Assembly (NCBI GenBank): GCA_963555825.3
Contig: CAUVXB020000001.1
Location: 2,016,001-2,080,000 of the forward strand
Direction: 5' to 3'
Source of the DNA: Alphaproteobacteria bacterium
GTDB lineage: Bacteria; Pseudomonadota; Alphaproteobacteria; JAAXGF01
Length of the DNA: 64,000 nt
In this document: positions 29,111 through 38,763 of the stretch, piece by piece
Layout of the letters: every line of letters starts with the position of its first letter
How positions within the stretch are numbered: position 1 is the first letter of the stretch
Made by a program: the position numbers and the translations under genes
The notes under the pieces: model-generated
Seen by the model: the letters and a program-made list of their open reading frames with translations, nothing else
What the model was told of the DNA's origin: nothing
Database searches by the model: none

Positions 29111-29388
29111 AGACGCCAGCCCGAAGTTCTCACCATGGACAGGCGCGTCATCGCGTCGGGCGGCCGCCGAGCCGCCAGAAAAAGGCCGCGGAGCGTAGCC
29201 TGGGCCACGGTCAAGGCCTTCGACGCCGCGGGCGGGCCGCCCGGCGCGACCCTTAAGGGCGGCGGATCTCGGACGACAGGCCGCGTCAAAGCGCTTGCCC
29301 GATGCGCAAGCATCGTGGCCCGCGCGCTTTTCCTAGCCTGTCGTCCGATATACGCCGTGCCGCACCTGTCCATGGTGAGAATTCCGGG

Positions 29389-30573
29389 CTATGTCTTGCG
29401 CAGCAGGAACTCGCGGCCCAGCTTGACGCTGGGCTCGCCGTCGTAGGCGACGATGTCGGCGGTGGCATAGGTCTCGGGCCAGCTGTCGGGCAGGAACGAG
29501 CCGGTGCCGACCAGATCGATCGGCGCGTCGACGCTCGCCATGACCTCGCATTTCGCCTGGTTGAAGCCGGAGCTCGCGACGATTTTGACGCGCTCGAAGC
29601 CAGCCTCGTCGAGCGCATCGCGCAAGTGGTAGATCGCCGCCGCCGAAACGCCGGTGCCGACCAGCCAACGCAACTCGGCGTCGGTCCGGTAGCGGCGGAT
29701 ACCCTTGGGCACGTGGCGGTCCAAGACGGCGTAGGACGCCGCGGTATCGAGCCCCTCGACGAAACGTCCGCCGTGGGTATCGAGGCGCATGGCGAGACGG
29801 CCGTCGGCGGCGAGTTCCGGAAAACGCCGGCAGACGGCGAGCGCATCGGTTACCTCCCGGCCGTAGTAGTCGACCAGGGAGGTGATGTTCTCGTCCGGAT
29901 AGGTCTCGGCGAACATTTCGGCGGCGCGCAGTGTCGAGCCGGCGTAGCCGATCAGCGCGTGCGGCATGGTGCCGAGGCCCCGGTCGTTGCCGAAATAATG
30001 CGCCGTCGCGTCGGTCGCATTGCCGACGAAACCGACCGCGCCGTGGCGTTCGCGCGCCGCGCGCGAACCGACGCTCGCCGCATAGGCCATCATTTCGGCC
30101 ATCTCGTGGCCGGCGCAGTGGCGCGCGTCCATGGCGAGGAAACCGACCTTGGGCAGCGCCCGGCACATGGCGTAGGCGTTGTACGCGGCGACGCAGGGCG
30201 GCCCGAGGCGCTGCAGATAGAGCGTCTCCAGATCGACCAGATTGACCAGCGAGCCCGAGAGATAGAGCAGCGGTTCGCCGGCGCCGACCCACTCGCCCTC
30301 CCTGTAGTTGAGCTCGATGTCAAACGTCACGCCGCGCGAGGGAGCGACGCGCTCGAGCCAGTCGACCATCAGGCGCGGCGCGAAGTAGACCGGCAGCCGC
30401 ATGAACACGGCGTAGGTCGCGCGCTTGTCGCCGAAACGCGCGACGACCTGCTTGGTATTGTTGAAGTACTGGTCCGTGGTGCGGGCGATCGCCTCGTCCA
30501 TCGCGGCGGCCTCGACCGCGTCGTCAGGCGCCGGCACGGCGCCAGCAGGCTCGGTCGCGGGCGACCGGACCAT
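29389..30573 (-). CDS. Nicotinate phosphoribosyltransferase-like protein (start uncertain)
   Basis: 'TDQYF', 'MDARH', 'GTMPHALIG', 'RLDT', 'IVASSGF', 'GTGS'; adjacent to nadE. Confidence 0.8.
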   Translation of the reverse strand: MVRSPATEPAGAVPAPDDAVEAAAMDEAIARTTDQYFNNTKQVVARFGDKRATYAVFMRLPVYFAPRLMVDWLERVAPSRGVTFDIELNYREGEWVGAGEPLLYLSGSLVNLVDLETLYLQRLGPPCVAAYNAYAMCRALPKVGFLAMDARHCAGHEMAEMMAYAASVGSRAARERHGAVGFVGNATDATAHYFGNDRGLGTMPHALIGYAGSTLRAAEMFAETYPDENITSLVDYYGREVTDALAVCRRFPELAADGRLAMRLDTHGGRFVEGLDTAASYAVLDRHVPKGIRRYRTDAELRWLVGTGVSAAAIYHLRDALDEAGFERVKIVASSGFNQAKCEVMASVDAPIDLVGTGSFLPDSWPETYATADIVAYDGEPSVKLGREFLLRKT

Positions 30574-30580
30574 GCCGCCG

Positions 30581-31960
30581 TCAGGACGCCGCGGCCAAGC
30601 GCGCTCCATCCACGCGTTCCTTCTTCAATGCCTCGGCGATCAGGAAGGCAAGCTCGAGCGCCTGCGATGCGTTGAGCCGCGGATCGCAATGGGTGTGGTA
30701 ACGGTCGGCGAGTGAATGTTCGGTGATCGCCTGGGCGCCGCCGATGCACTCGGTGACGTCCTGGCCGGTCATCTCGAAATGGACACCGCCGGCGTAGGAC
30801 CCCTCCCTTTGGTGAACCGCGAAGAAGCCGCGCACCTCGGCCAGGATACGGTCGACCGCGCGGGTCTTGTAACCGGTCGACGACTTGATCGTGTTGCCGT
30901 GCATCGGATCGCAGGACCACACTACCCTGCGGCCCTCGCGCTCGACCGCGCGGACCAGCGGCGGCAGGCCGGTCTCGACCTTGTCGGCGCCCATTCGCGC
31001 GATGATCGTCAGGCGGCCCGGCTCGTTCGCAGGGTTGAGCACATCGATCAGGCGCAAAAGGTCGTCGGGATCGAGCGTCGGCCCGGCCTTGAGCCCGATC
31101 GGATTGCCAACGCCGCGCAGGAACTCGACATGCGCGCCGTCGAGCTGGCGCGTGCGGTCGCCGATCCACAGCAAATGCGCCGAACAGTCGTACCAGTCGC
31201 CGGTCGTCGAATCGATGCGTGTCAACGCCTGTTCGTAGCCGAGCAGCAGCGCCTCGTGCGAGGTGTAGAATTCGGTCGTGGCGAGCTGCGGCGCGGTCTC
31301 GGACGTGATGCCGCAAGCCTCCATGAAGGCCAACGCGTCGCTGATGCGGTCGGCCATCTCCTGGTAGCGCTCGCCCTGCGGGCTGCGCGCGACGAAGCCG
31401 TGGTTCCAGCGGTGCACTTGGTGCAGATCGGCATAGCCGCCCTGCGCGAAGGCGCGCAGCAGATTGAGCGTCGCCGCCGATTGCAGGTAGACCTGGACCA
31501 TGCGCTCGGGGTCGGGCCGGCGCGCCTCGGGGGTGAACTCGATGCCGTTGATGATGTCGCCGCGGTAGCTCGGCAGCTCGACGCCGTCCTGCACCTCGGT
31601 GTCGCCCGAGCGCGGCTTGGCGAACTGGCCCGCCATGCGACCGACCTTGACGACCGGGCAGTCGGCGCCGTAGGTCAGCACCACGGCCATCTGGAGCAGC
31701 ACGCGGAAGGTGTCGCGGATGTTGTCAGGGTGGAATTCGGCGAAGCTTTCCGCGCAGTCGCCGCCCTGGAGCAGGAAGGCGCGGCCCTCGGCGATCTCGC
31801 CGAGCTGCGCCTTCAGCCGGCGCGCCTCGCCGGCGAAGACCAGCGGCGGATAACCCCTGAGGCGCGCCTCGGCGGCCTCGAGCACGGCCTTATCGGGCCA
31901 CGCGGGTTGCTGCTTGATCGGTAGGTTGCGCCAGCTGTCGGGCGCCCACGTCTTCGCCAT
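30581..31960 (-). CDS. Class II DAHP synthase
   Basis: '[11 protein letters not shown]', '[12 protein letters not shown]', 'SHEALLL', 'CDPMHGNT', 'CDPRLN'. Confidence 0.96.
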   Translation of the reverse strand: MAKTWAPDSWRNLPIKQQPAWPDKAVLEAAEARLRGYPPLVFAGEARRLKAQLGEIAEGRAFLLQGGDCAESFAEFHPDNIRDTFRVLLQMAVVLTYGADCPVVKVGRMAGQFAKPRSGDTEVQDGVELPSYRGDIINGIEFTPEARRPDPERMVQVYLQSAATLNLLRAFAQGGYADLHQVHRWNHGFVARSPQGERYQEMADRISDALAFMEACGITSETAPQLATTEFYTSHEALLLGYEQALTRIDSTTGDWYDCSAHLLWIGDRTRQLDGAHVEFLRGVGNPIGLKAGPTLDPDDLLRLIDVLNPANEPGRLTIIARMGADKVETGLPPLVRAVEREGRRVVWSCDPMHGNTIKSSTGYKTRAVDRILAEVRGFFAVHQREGSYAGGVHFEMTGQDVTECIGGAQAITEHSLADRYHTHCDPRLNASQALELAFLIAEALKKERVDGARLAAAS

Positions 31961-32134
31961 AACGATCCTCAACGTCTCGTCAAATTTGCACCAGTTTGCG
32001 GGAGAGCCCAGCCTATACGCCGATTCGATGGGTATTTCCAGCCCGTTTCGCCCACGCCACCGCCCGCCCAGGACTTATATGGCTATCTTCGAACGCGATG
32101 TCAGCACCGTCGCCCAGCCGGGTTTGACAGCCGT

Positions 32135-33529
32135 TTAGACCGGAACGCTATCGTGTCCCACGGCGGCCTGTGCGGGCACGGGCTCGGCAACGGGATCGCG
32201 CATGGTGACGAACTCCTCGGCCGAGGTCGGGTGGATGCCCACGGTGGCGTCGAACTGGGCCTTGGTCGCGCCGCATTTGACCGCGATGCCGATGCCCTGA
32301 ATGATCTCGCCCGCGTCGGGGCCGACCATGTGGACGCCGACGACCCGGTCCGACGCGCGGTCGACGATCAGCTTCATCAGCGTCTTCTCGTCGCGCCCGC
32401 CGAGCGTGTGCTTCATCGCCCGGAAGTGCGAGCGGTAGACGTCGACCGCGCCATGGGTCTCGCGCGCCTGGCTCTCGGTCAGCCCGACCGTGCCGATGGC
32501 CGGCTGGCTGAACACGGTCGACGCCACGTCGGCGTGATCGGGCCGGGTCGGGGCGCCGCCAAACACCGTGTCGGCGACCGCATGGCCCTCCTTGATCGCC
32601 ACCGGCGTCAGGTTGACGCGGTCGGTGACGTCGCCGACGGCGTAGATGTTGTCGACCGACGTCTTGGAGTATGCGTCGACGACGATGGCGCCCTTGGCGT
32701 TCAGCGCGACGCCGGCGTTCTCGAGACCGATATTCGCGGTCAGCGGCGCCCGGCCGGTGGCGTACATGATGCAGTCGGCATCGATCGTCGCGCCGTCCTC
32801 GAGTGTCGCGCGCAGCGCGCCGTCGGCCTGCTCGATGCCGGCGATGTTGGCGTTGAAGCACAGCTCGATGCCCTTCTTGGCCATCTCCTCGGCGAGCGTG
32901 GCGCGCACGTCCTGGTCGAAACCGCGCAGGAACAACGGCCCGCGGTAGAGCTGGGTGACCCGCGCGCCGAGGCCGTGGAAGATGCCGGCGAACTCGACCG
33001 CGATGTAGCCGCCGCCGACCACGACAACCCGCTCGGGCAGGCCGTCCAGGAAGAACGCCTCGTTCGAGGTGATCGCGTACTCGGCGCCGGGTACGTCGGG
33101 CTTGGCCGGCCAGCCGCCGACCGCGACCAGGATTGTATCGGCGCTAAAGGTCTGCTCGCCGACCGCAACGGTATGCGCATCGACCAGATCGGCGTGGCCG
33201 TCGAAGACGTCGACGCCACTGGCCTCCAGCATGCGCGCATAGACGGTGTTGAGCCGCTCGATTTCGCTGTTCTTGTTGGCGATCAACCGCGCCCAGTCGA
33301 AGCGGCGCTCGCCGACGGTCCAGCCGAAGCCGGCGGCGTCCTCGAAATCCTCGCCGAAGTGCGAGGCATAGACCAACAGCTTCTTGGGCACGCAGCCGAC
33401 ATTGACGCAGGTGCCGCCGAGATAGCGCTCCTCGGCCACCGCCACCTTGGCGCCATGGCCGCCCGCGATGCGCGCCGCGCGCACACCACCCGACCCGCCG
33501 CCGATGACGAAGAAATCGTAGTCTGCCAT
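32135..33529 (-). CDS. gor: Glutathione-disulfide reductase
   Basis: '[11 protein letters not shown]', '[13 protein letters not shown]', '[13 protein letters not shown]'. Confidence 0.96.
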   Translation of the reverse strand: MADYDFFVIGGGSGGVRAARIAGGHGAKVAVAEERYLGGTCVNVGCVPKKLLVYASHFGEDFEDAAGFGWTVGERRFDWARLIANKNSEIERLNTVYARMLEASGVDVFDGHADLVDAHTVAVGEQTFSADTILVAVGGWPAKPDVPGAEYAITSNEAFFLDGLPERVVVVGGGYIAVEFAGIFHGLGARVTQLYRGPLFLRGFDQDVRATLAEEMAKKGIELCFNANIAGIEQADGALRATLEDGATIDADCIMYATGRAPLTANIGLENAGVALNAKGAIVVDAYSKTSVDNIYAVGDVTDRVNLTPVAIKEGHAVADTVFGGAPTRPDHADVASTVFSQPAIGTVGLTESQARETHGAVDVYRSHFRAMKHTLGGRDEKTLMKLIVDRASDRVVGVHMVGPDAGEIIQGIGIAVKCGATKAQFDATVGIHPTSAEEFVTMRDPVAEPVPAQAAVGHDSVPV

Positions 33530-33600
33530 GGATATTGCCTCTTATTCTCGGGGAGCGCTTGAACGCGACGTAGGGATCGTCGCGTGTGAATCAACGCGTG

Positions 33601-34959
33601 TCATGCGGTCGCGCCGGCGTCGATGCGCATCTCGTAGGCGCGCCATCGTCGGATGAGGAACGCCACCATCACGGCCGCCTGCAGAAACACCGGCAGGATC
33701 GCAATCAGCGGGTCGGCCCATGGTACGGGCAGGAACACGGGAAGCGCCGCGTCGCCATCGAAAACCTTCAAGAGCATCGGCACCAGCCCATAGAGCACCA
33801 GCCAATAGACCACCGCAGCCAAGTCCGCCCGTCGCGCGACGCGGCCGAGATGGAGGCTGAGCAGCAGCGCGATGTCGCGCGTCAGGAACAAGACAGCGGC
33901 GACGACGAACGTCATCTGGATGTCGCGGCTGGCGTCCGCGGCCTGTGTGATCGCGACCGCCACGGCTAGCGCGCTGCCCAAGGCAAGGCCATAGGTGATC
34001 ATCCAGAGTGGCAGGTTCTCGAGCGCCGTGCGGAATTCGGCGGCGCGCAGCGCGCCGAGCATGCGCCGAACCGCGACGACGTCTTTAGATTCGAACAGCA
34101 TGCCGACATAGTTGAGCGCGAAAATGACGGCGGTGAAGACCGCCACGCGAACAACCGTCGATTCCAGGGCGGCCGTCTCGTCGGCGTCCATGAGGCCGAC
34201 GACGTAGAGACCGAGGAAGAGACAGAACAACGGCCAGACCCAGGGCTTGCCGGCGAGCTGCAGCTCGGCGCGCATCACCCGGTAGACGCCGAACACGGCC
34301 CACAAGGCGAAGGCGACCGTCGAATTGACGGCGAAGGTCGCCGGCACGACGAGGACACCGTGCCAACGGCCGTAGAGGCCGTCATCGAACGCCCCAACCG
34401 CACCGTAAACCAACGAGATCATGGCCAAGCCGGCGAGTTGGAAGAGCGTGACGTTCAAGCGCCTTCCGACCACGTGGCCGCGCACCGACAACAGACTGAT
34501 CAGCAAGCCACCCGCCTGGCAGAGAACGCCGACCGCGAGATAGGTCACGGCGGACGTCATGATCGATTCGAGGCTTTCGTGGCCGATACGCGCGAGCGCG
34601 AAGACCGCGAGCGCGATCAGGCCGCCGTACCATGTGAACACCGTGCTGCCGAACAGCTTGCCGACGGTCATCGCCCAGGGCCCGACCGCGGTCAGCTTCT
34701 GGTCGTCCCAGGTGCGGTCCCTGATCTCCTCGACAACCGCGCCGGCGGCGAGCCGCCCGCCCCACATCACGACGATCAATCCATAGGCGACGAGCGCGAC
34801 GTCGGCCACGGTCGACGCCGCCTCGGCGTTGCCCAGCGCGAGTGAGCCACCCTTAAGGGCATAGGCGAGGATGAACACGGCGGCGAGCACGACCGGCATT
34901 GCGATCAATCGGTGTGTCGACAGCTCGAGCCATAGATTGCGGCGCAGCTCGGGGTTCAT
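33601..34959 (-). CDS. Polytopic membrane protein, probable ABC-2-type permease partner of the upstream ATPase
   Basis: More than 10 hydrophobic segments; 'MNPE.RRN.WLE', 'EI..RTWD...LT......GKL'; overlaps the ATPase stop. Confidence 0.7.
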   Translation of the reverse strand: MNPELRRNLWLELSTHRLIAMPVVLAAVFILAYALKGGSLALGNAEAASTVADVALVAYGLIVVMWGGRLAAGAVVEEIRDRTWDDQKLTAVGPWAMTVGKLFGSTVFTWYGGLIALAVFALARIGHESLESIMTSAVTYLAVGVLCQAGGLLISLLSVRGHVVGRRLNVTLFQLAGLAMISLVYGAVGAFDDGLYGRWHGVLVVPATFAVNSTVAFALWAVFGVYRVMRAELQLAGKPWVWPLFCLFLGLYVVGLMDADETAALESTVVRVAVFTAVIFALNYVGMLFESKDVVAVRRMLGALRAAEFRTALENLPLWMITYGLALGSALAVAVAITQAADASRDIQMTFVVAAVLFLTRDIALLLSLHLGRVARRADLAAVVYWLVLYGLVPMLLKVFDGDAALPVFLPVPWADPLIAILPVFLQAAVMVAFLIRRWRAYEMRIDAGATA

Positions 34960-35900
34960 CGCCCACCCCCTTCGTCGCCGTTCCGGCGCATGCGGGCGAG
35001 GTAGAGGTCGTGCATGCGCGCGCGATCCTCGGCGAACTCCACAACCGCAATATCGGCATCGAGCAGGTGCCTCAACAGCCGCCCGCGCGTCTCGGCGTCG
35101 GGGGCGATCGAGACGGTCGCCGTGGTTCCCTCGACCACGGCGTCGCTCGCGCCGTCGAACGCCGCCAGCACGCCCGGCAGCCGCGTATCGGGCGCGGCAA
35201 GCTCGATCCTGACCACTGTTGTCGCGGCATCGCGTGCATCGAGCCTTCGGTGGTCGATAACCCGGCCGTCGTCGATCATCAGCACGTCGGTCGAGTAGTC
35301 CTCGAGCTCGGACAGGATGTGCGAGGACACGATGAGCGTGATGCCGTTGCGGCTCAGCTCGACCAGCAGCTTCGAGAGCGACAGGCGCGCGCCGGGATCG
35401 AGGCCGGACGCCGGTTCGTCGAGCAACAGAATTCGGGGCTCATGCACCAGCGCCTGAGCGATCGCCAGGCCCTGCCGTTGGCCGCGCGACAGCGCGCCGG
35501 CCTTCTGGTCGAGCAGCGCGCCGATGTGGAGCCGCTCGGCGGCGAGCGCGACGGCCCGGTCGATATTCTCCGGCGCAACGCCCTGCGCGGCGGCGCGGTA
35601 GGTCAGGCACTGGCGCGCGGTGAGGTCCTCGTAGAGGCCGAAGAAGTCGGAGAGATAGCCGATCCTCCGGTGACATTCGCGCGGGTCGTCCGAGACGTCG
35701 ATGCCGTCGACCGTGATCGTGCCGTCGTAGGACCGCGCCAGGGCCGCGACGCAACGCAGCAGCGTCGTCTTACCCGCCCCGTTGGGGCCGACGAGCGCTG
35801 TGATCGTATCGGGCGCGACGTCGACCGACACGCCGTTGAGCGCGCGCTTGCCGGGATACTCGAAGACCAGATTGTCGACCCGGATCACCGGCTCAGCCAC
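34956..35900 (-). CDS. ABC-2 type transporter ATP-binding protein
   Basis: Walker A 'GPNGAGKTT', signature 'LSRGQRQ', 'LLDEPASGLDP'. Confidence 0.93.
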   Translation of the reverse strand: MAEPVIRVDNLVFEYPGKRALNGVSVDVAPDTITALVGPNGAGKTTLLRCVAALARSYDGTITVDGIDVSDDPRECHRRIGYLSDFFGLYEDLTARQCLTYRAAAQGVAPENIDRAVALAAERLHIGALLDQKAGALSRGQRQGLAIAQALVHEPRILLLDEPASGLDPGARLSLSKLLVELSRNGITLIVSSHILSELEDYSTDVLMIDDGRVIDHRRLDARDAATTVVRIELAAPDTRLPGVLAAFDGASDAVVEGTTATVSIAPDAETRGRLLRHLLDADIAVVEFAEDRARMHDLYLARMRRNGDEGGGR

Positions 35901-35987
35901 GGCGCAGCCCTTCGTTCATGTGCATCGAATAGCATTGGGGACGGATAACGAACCCGCCCCCTGCTGGTCCCCTCGATTGGCTTCGGT

Positions 35988-37445
35988 CTATAGGTCGACA
36001 CCGCCCATGCACATGTATTTGACCTCGAGAAACTCGTCGAGGCCGTGGTGCGCGCCCTCGCGGCCGATGCCCGATTCCTTCATGCCGCCGAACGGCGCCA
36101 CCTCGGTCGAGATGATGCCCTCGTTGATGCCGACGATGCCGTATTCCAGCCCCTCGGCGACGCGCCAGATGCGGCCGATGTCGCGGCTGTAGAAGTAGGC
36201 CGCGAGGCCGAACTCGGTGTCGTTGGCGAGCCGGATCGCCTCGTCCTCGGTCGAAAAGCGGAACAGCGGCGCGACCGGGCCGAAGGTCTCCTCGCGGGCG
36301 ACCTTCATCTGGGTGTCGACGTCGGCCAGCACGGTCGGCTCGAAGAAGGTCCCGCCCAGTTCGTGGCGCTTGCCGCCGGCGATGACGCGGGCGCCCTTGG
36401 CGACGGCGTCCTCGATATGCTCCTCGACCTTGTCGACGGCGGCGGAGTCGATCAGCGGCCCCTGCTGGGTCTCGCCCTTGAGGCCGTCGCCGACGACTAG
36501 CTTGTTGGCCGCGTCGGCCAGCTTCTCGCTGAACTCGTCGTAGACGTTGTCCTGGATCAGGAAGCGGTTGGCGCAGACGCAGGTCTGCCCGGTGTTGCGG
36601 TACTTCGAGGCCATGGCGCCGGCGATCGCGGCGTCCATCTGGGCGTCGTCGAAGACGATGAACGGCGCATTGCCGCCCAACTCCATCGAAACCTTCTTCA
36701 CGGTGCGCGCCGACTGCTCCATGAGCATCTTGCCGACCTCGGTCGAGCCGGTGAAGGTGATCTTGCGGACGATCGGGTTCGAGGTCATCTCGCCGCCGAT
36801 CGCGCCGGCCGATCCGGTGACGACGCTGAACACGCCGGCCGGCACGCCGGCGCGCTCGGCCAGCTCGGCGAGCGCGGTCGCCGAATAGGGCGTCGCGGTC
36901 GCCGGCTTGGCGACGATGGTGCAGCCGGCGGCGAGCGCCGGACCGACTTTTCTGGTGATCATCGCCGAGGGGAAGTTCCACGGCGTGATCGAGGCGACGA
37001 CGCCGACCGGTTCCTTGGTGACGATGATGCGCCGGTCGCCGACGGTCTGCGGGATGACGTCGCCATAGGCGCGCTTGCCTTCTTCCGCGAACCACTCGAG
37101 GAACGACGCGGCATAGGCGATCTCGCCGCGCGATTCGGCCATCGGCTTGCCCTGCTCGGCGGTCATCAGCACGGCGAGGTCATCGAGGTTGGCGAGCATC
37201 AGCTCGAACCACTTGCGCAGCACGCCGGCGCGTTCCTTGGCGGTCTTGGCGCGCCACGCCGGATAGGCCGCGTCGGCCGCCTCGATGGCGCGCCGCGTCT
37301 CGTCGGCGCCCAAGCGGGGCACCGTGCCGATGGTCTCGCCGGTAGCCGGATTGGTGACGTCGACGGTCGCGCCCGTATCGGCGTCGACCCATGCGCCGTC
37401 GATATAGCATTGCTGACGGAACAGGCTGCTGTCCTGCAGTTTCAT
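35988..37445 (-). CDS. gabD: Succinate-semialdehyde dehydrogenase (NADP+)
   Basis: 'ITPWNFPSAMITRK', 'MELGGNAPF', 'RNTGQTCVCANR', 'APFGGMKESG.GREG'. Confidence 0.93.
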   Translation of the reverse strand: MKLQDSSLFRQQCYIDGAWVDADTGATVDVTNPATGETIGTVPRLGADETRRAIEAADAAYPAWRAKTAKERAGVLRKWFELMLANLDDLAVLMTAEQGKPMAESRGEIAYAASFLEWFAEEGKRAYGDVIPQTVGDRRIIVTKEPVGVVASITPWNFPSAMITRKVGPALAAGCTIVAKPATATPYSATALAELAERAGVPAGVFSVVTGSAGAIGGEMTSNPIVRKITFTGSTEVGKMLMEQSARTVKKVSMELGGNAPFIVFDDAQMDAAIAGAMASKYRNTGQTCVCANRFLIQDNVYDEFSEKLADAANKLVVGDGLKGETQQGPLIDSAAVDKVEEHIEDAVAKGARVIAGGKRHELGGTFFEPTVLADVDTQMKVAREETFGPVAPLFRFSTEDEAIRLANDTEFGLAAYFYSRDIGRIWRVAEGLEYGIVGINEGIISTEVAPFGGMKESGIGREGAHHGLDEFLEVKYMCMGGVDL

Positions 37446-37583
37446 GGCGATCTCCCTGGAACCTAAGTTCGGCCGCGCGCCGCTGCCGCGTGCCGGAATG
37501 GATGTGTGCCCCCAATATAGTCGCGCCCAAGCGTCCCGCCAAGACCGGGAAGATCACCGGCAACGGCGCCATCGGGTTGGGGC

Positions 37584-37609
37584 GTGGGGAAGGGCGAGCC
37601 CTTCCCCAC
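37584..37609. repeat. Perfect 11-bp-stem palindrome GTGGGGAAGGG-CGAG-CCCTTCCCCAC
   Basis: Read directly; intergenic, no U tract. Confidence 0.7.
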
Positions 37610-37624
37610 CGCGAACGCCGCCTT

Positions 37625-37836
37625 GGCGGCGTCGACAACGGCACGGGCCTGGCGCCGACCAGATGGTCGCCAGCGCGCTGCGCTACCGCAGCCAAGCGCC
37701 CCCGATCGACGGGCTGATGAAGGAGATTGGCCTTTCGGGCGTCGATCTTGCCGGCCTCGCCGGCGGCCTCACCGGCCAACTTGCGAACGGCCACGACACC
37801 GCGCCCACCGGCGACGACAGCGTCGCCGCCGAGTAA
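37625..37836 (+). pseudogene. 3'-terminal remnant of a flotillin/YqiK-like gene
   Basis: 'GL/ADQMVASALRYRSQAPPIDGLMKEIGL' resembles bacterial flotillin C-termini; frameshift near 37650; no 5' part present. Confidence 0.55.
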
Positions 37837-37855
37837 GGCCCGCCGACGGCGACCA

Positions 37856-37910
37856 CCCCTACTCCACCGTCACTGACTTGGCGAGGTTGCGGGGCTGGTC
37901 GACGTCGGTG
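37856..37910 (-). repeat. Diverged duplicate of the glmS 3' end (TDVDQPRNLAKSVTVE*)
   Basis: 55 bp matching 38761-38815 with 4 mismatches, all synonymous. Confidence 0.95.
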
Positions 37911-38070
37911 TCAATCCTCGCGGCCGCGCCATCATACCTTTTCGACGACGAGAAAGAGCAACCCGTGGTTAGATTTATTGCCATTGAAATGTTGCAATGG
38001 GACGCTAGTAAGAATATGCATTAAGTGCAACGGTGAGTTCGTATCGTAGTATTGTGCTAGAGGAAGATTC

Positions 38071-38631
38071 ATGCAAGCTCTCCGAGACGAACTTCTTGAA
38101 ACTCAAAAAGCTAGGACGAGTCTTACCAGATGGAAGATTGTCATTATCGCGGCGACCGGCGCGGCCGCCTTTAAGATTGGAGGTTTAGAGTTCGAGTTCG
38201 ACAACCGTGTTTTACTCGTCTTACTCCCTGTTATGTGTGTCTATGTCGATGGACTCATTTTCCATTATGCTTGGCGCGTCAAAGAAATCGGTTATTTCGT
38301 GCCGGTCTACTCAACGCCAGGACCGAACTGGGAATATTTGAGAGACTACGAAGTATGGCTCCGTCACAAGAAAGTCAGGGAACCTTTCAAATACCGGATT
38401 GAGGAATTTGCGGTAGCCTGGGCTACATACGTGGTTTGCTCGTTAGTATTTCTTGCTGGTCTGGTATTTCGTGATCTTGCGCTTGAAATACAAATATCCT
38501 TGTGGCTCTCGAGCCTGTTGGGGCTCATTACGAAGTATGTCAAACATCGATACGCCAAGAAATTGGTTGAGCTTGAATCCGAACCATATGAGCGACCGGA
38601 CAGCAAGTCGATCGACACTGATTCTGGATAA
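38071..38631 (+). CDS. AT-rich hypothetical membrane protein (about 4 TM)
   Basis: GAGG RBS, 186 aa, hydrophobic segments; lies between the two glmS ends. Confidence 0.75.
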   Translation: MQALRDELLETQKARTSLTRWKIVIIAATGAAAFKIGGLEFEFDNRVLLVLLPVMCVYVDGLIFHYAWRVKEIGYFVPVYSTPGPNWEYLRDYEVWLRHKKVREPFKYRIEEFAVAWATYVVCSLVFLAGLVFRDLALEIQISLWLSSLLGLITKYVKHRYAKKLVELESEPYERPDSKSIDTDSG

Positions 38632-38763
38632 TTGCGCTTAAATTGACGTTCTCGGGTGTTTCGACCGGTGTGACCCACCCGGGTCTCGTTGCGGTGGGGT
38701 AGTCGAATATCCGTTAGGATAGCAAAAGCGATCTGCGACACCGACCAGAGGCGAACTATACCC

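Noticed and set aside
37904-38745. 9-bp inverted repeat GTCGGTGTC/GACACCGAC near both ends of the glmS cargo, as transposon ends
   Set aside because: Short, GC-rich, does not extend, partly inside the glmS duplicate, and no direct target repeat; chance cannot be excluded.
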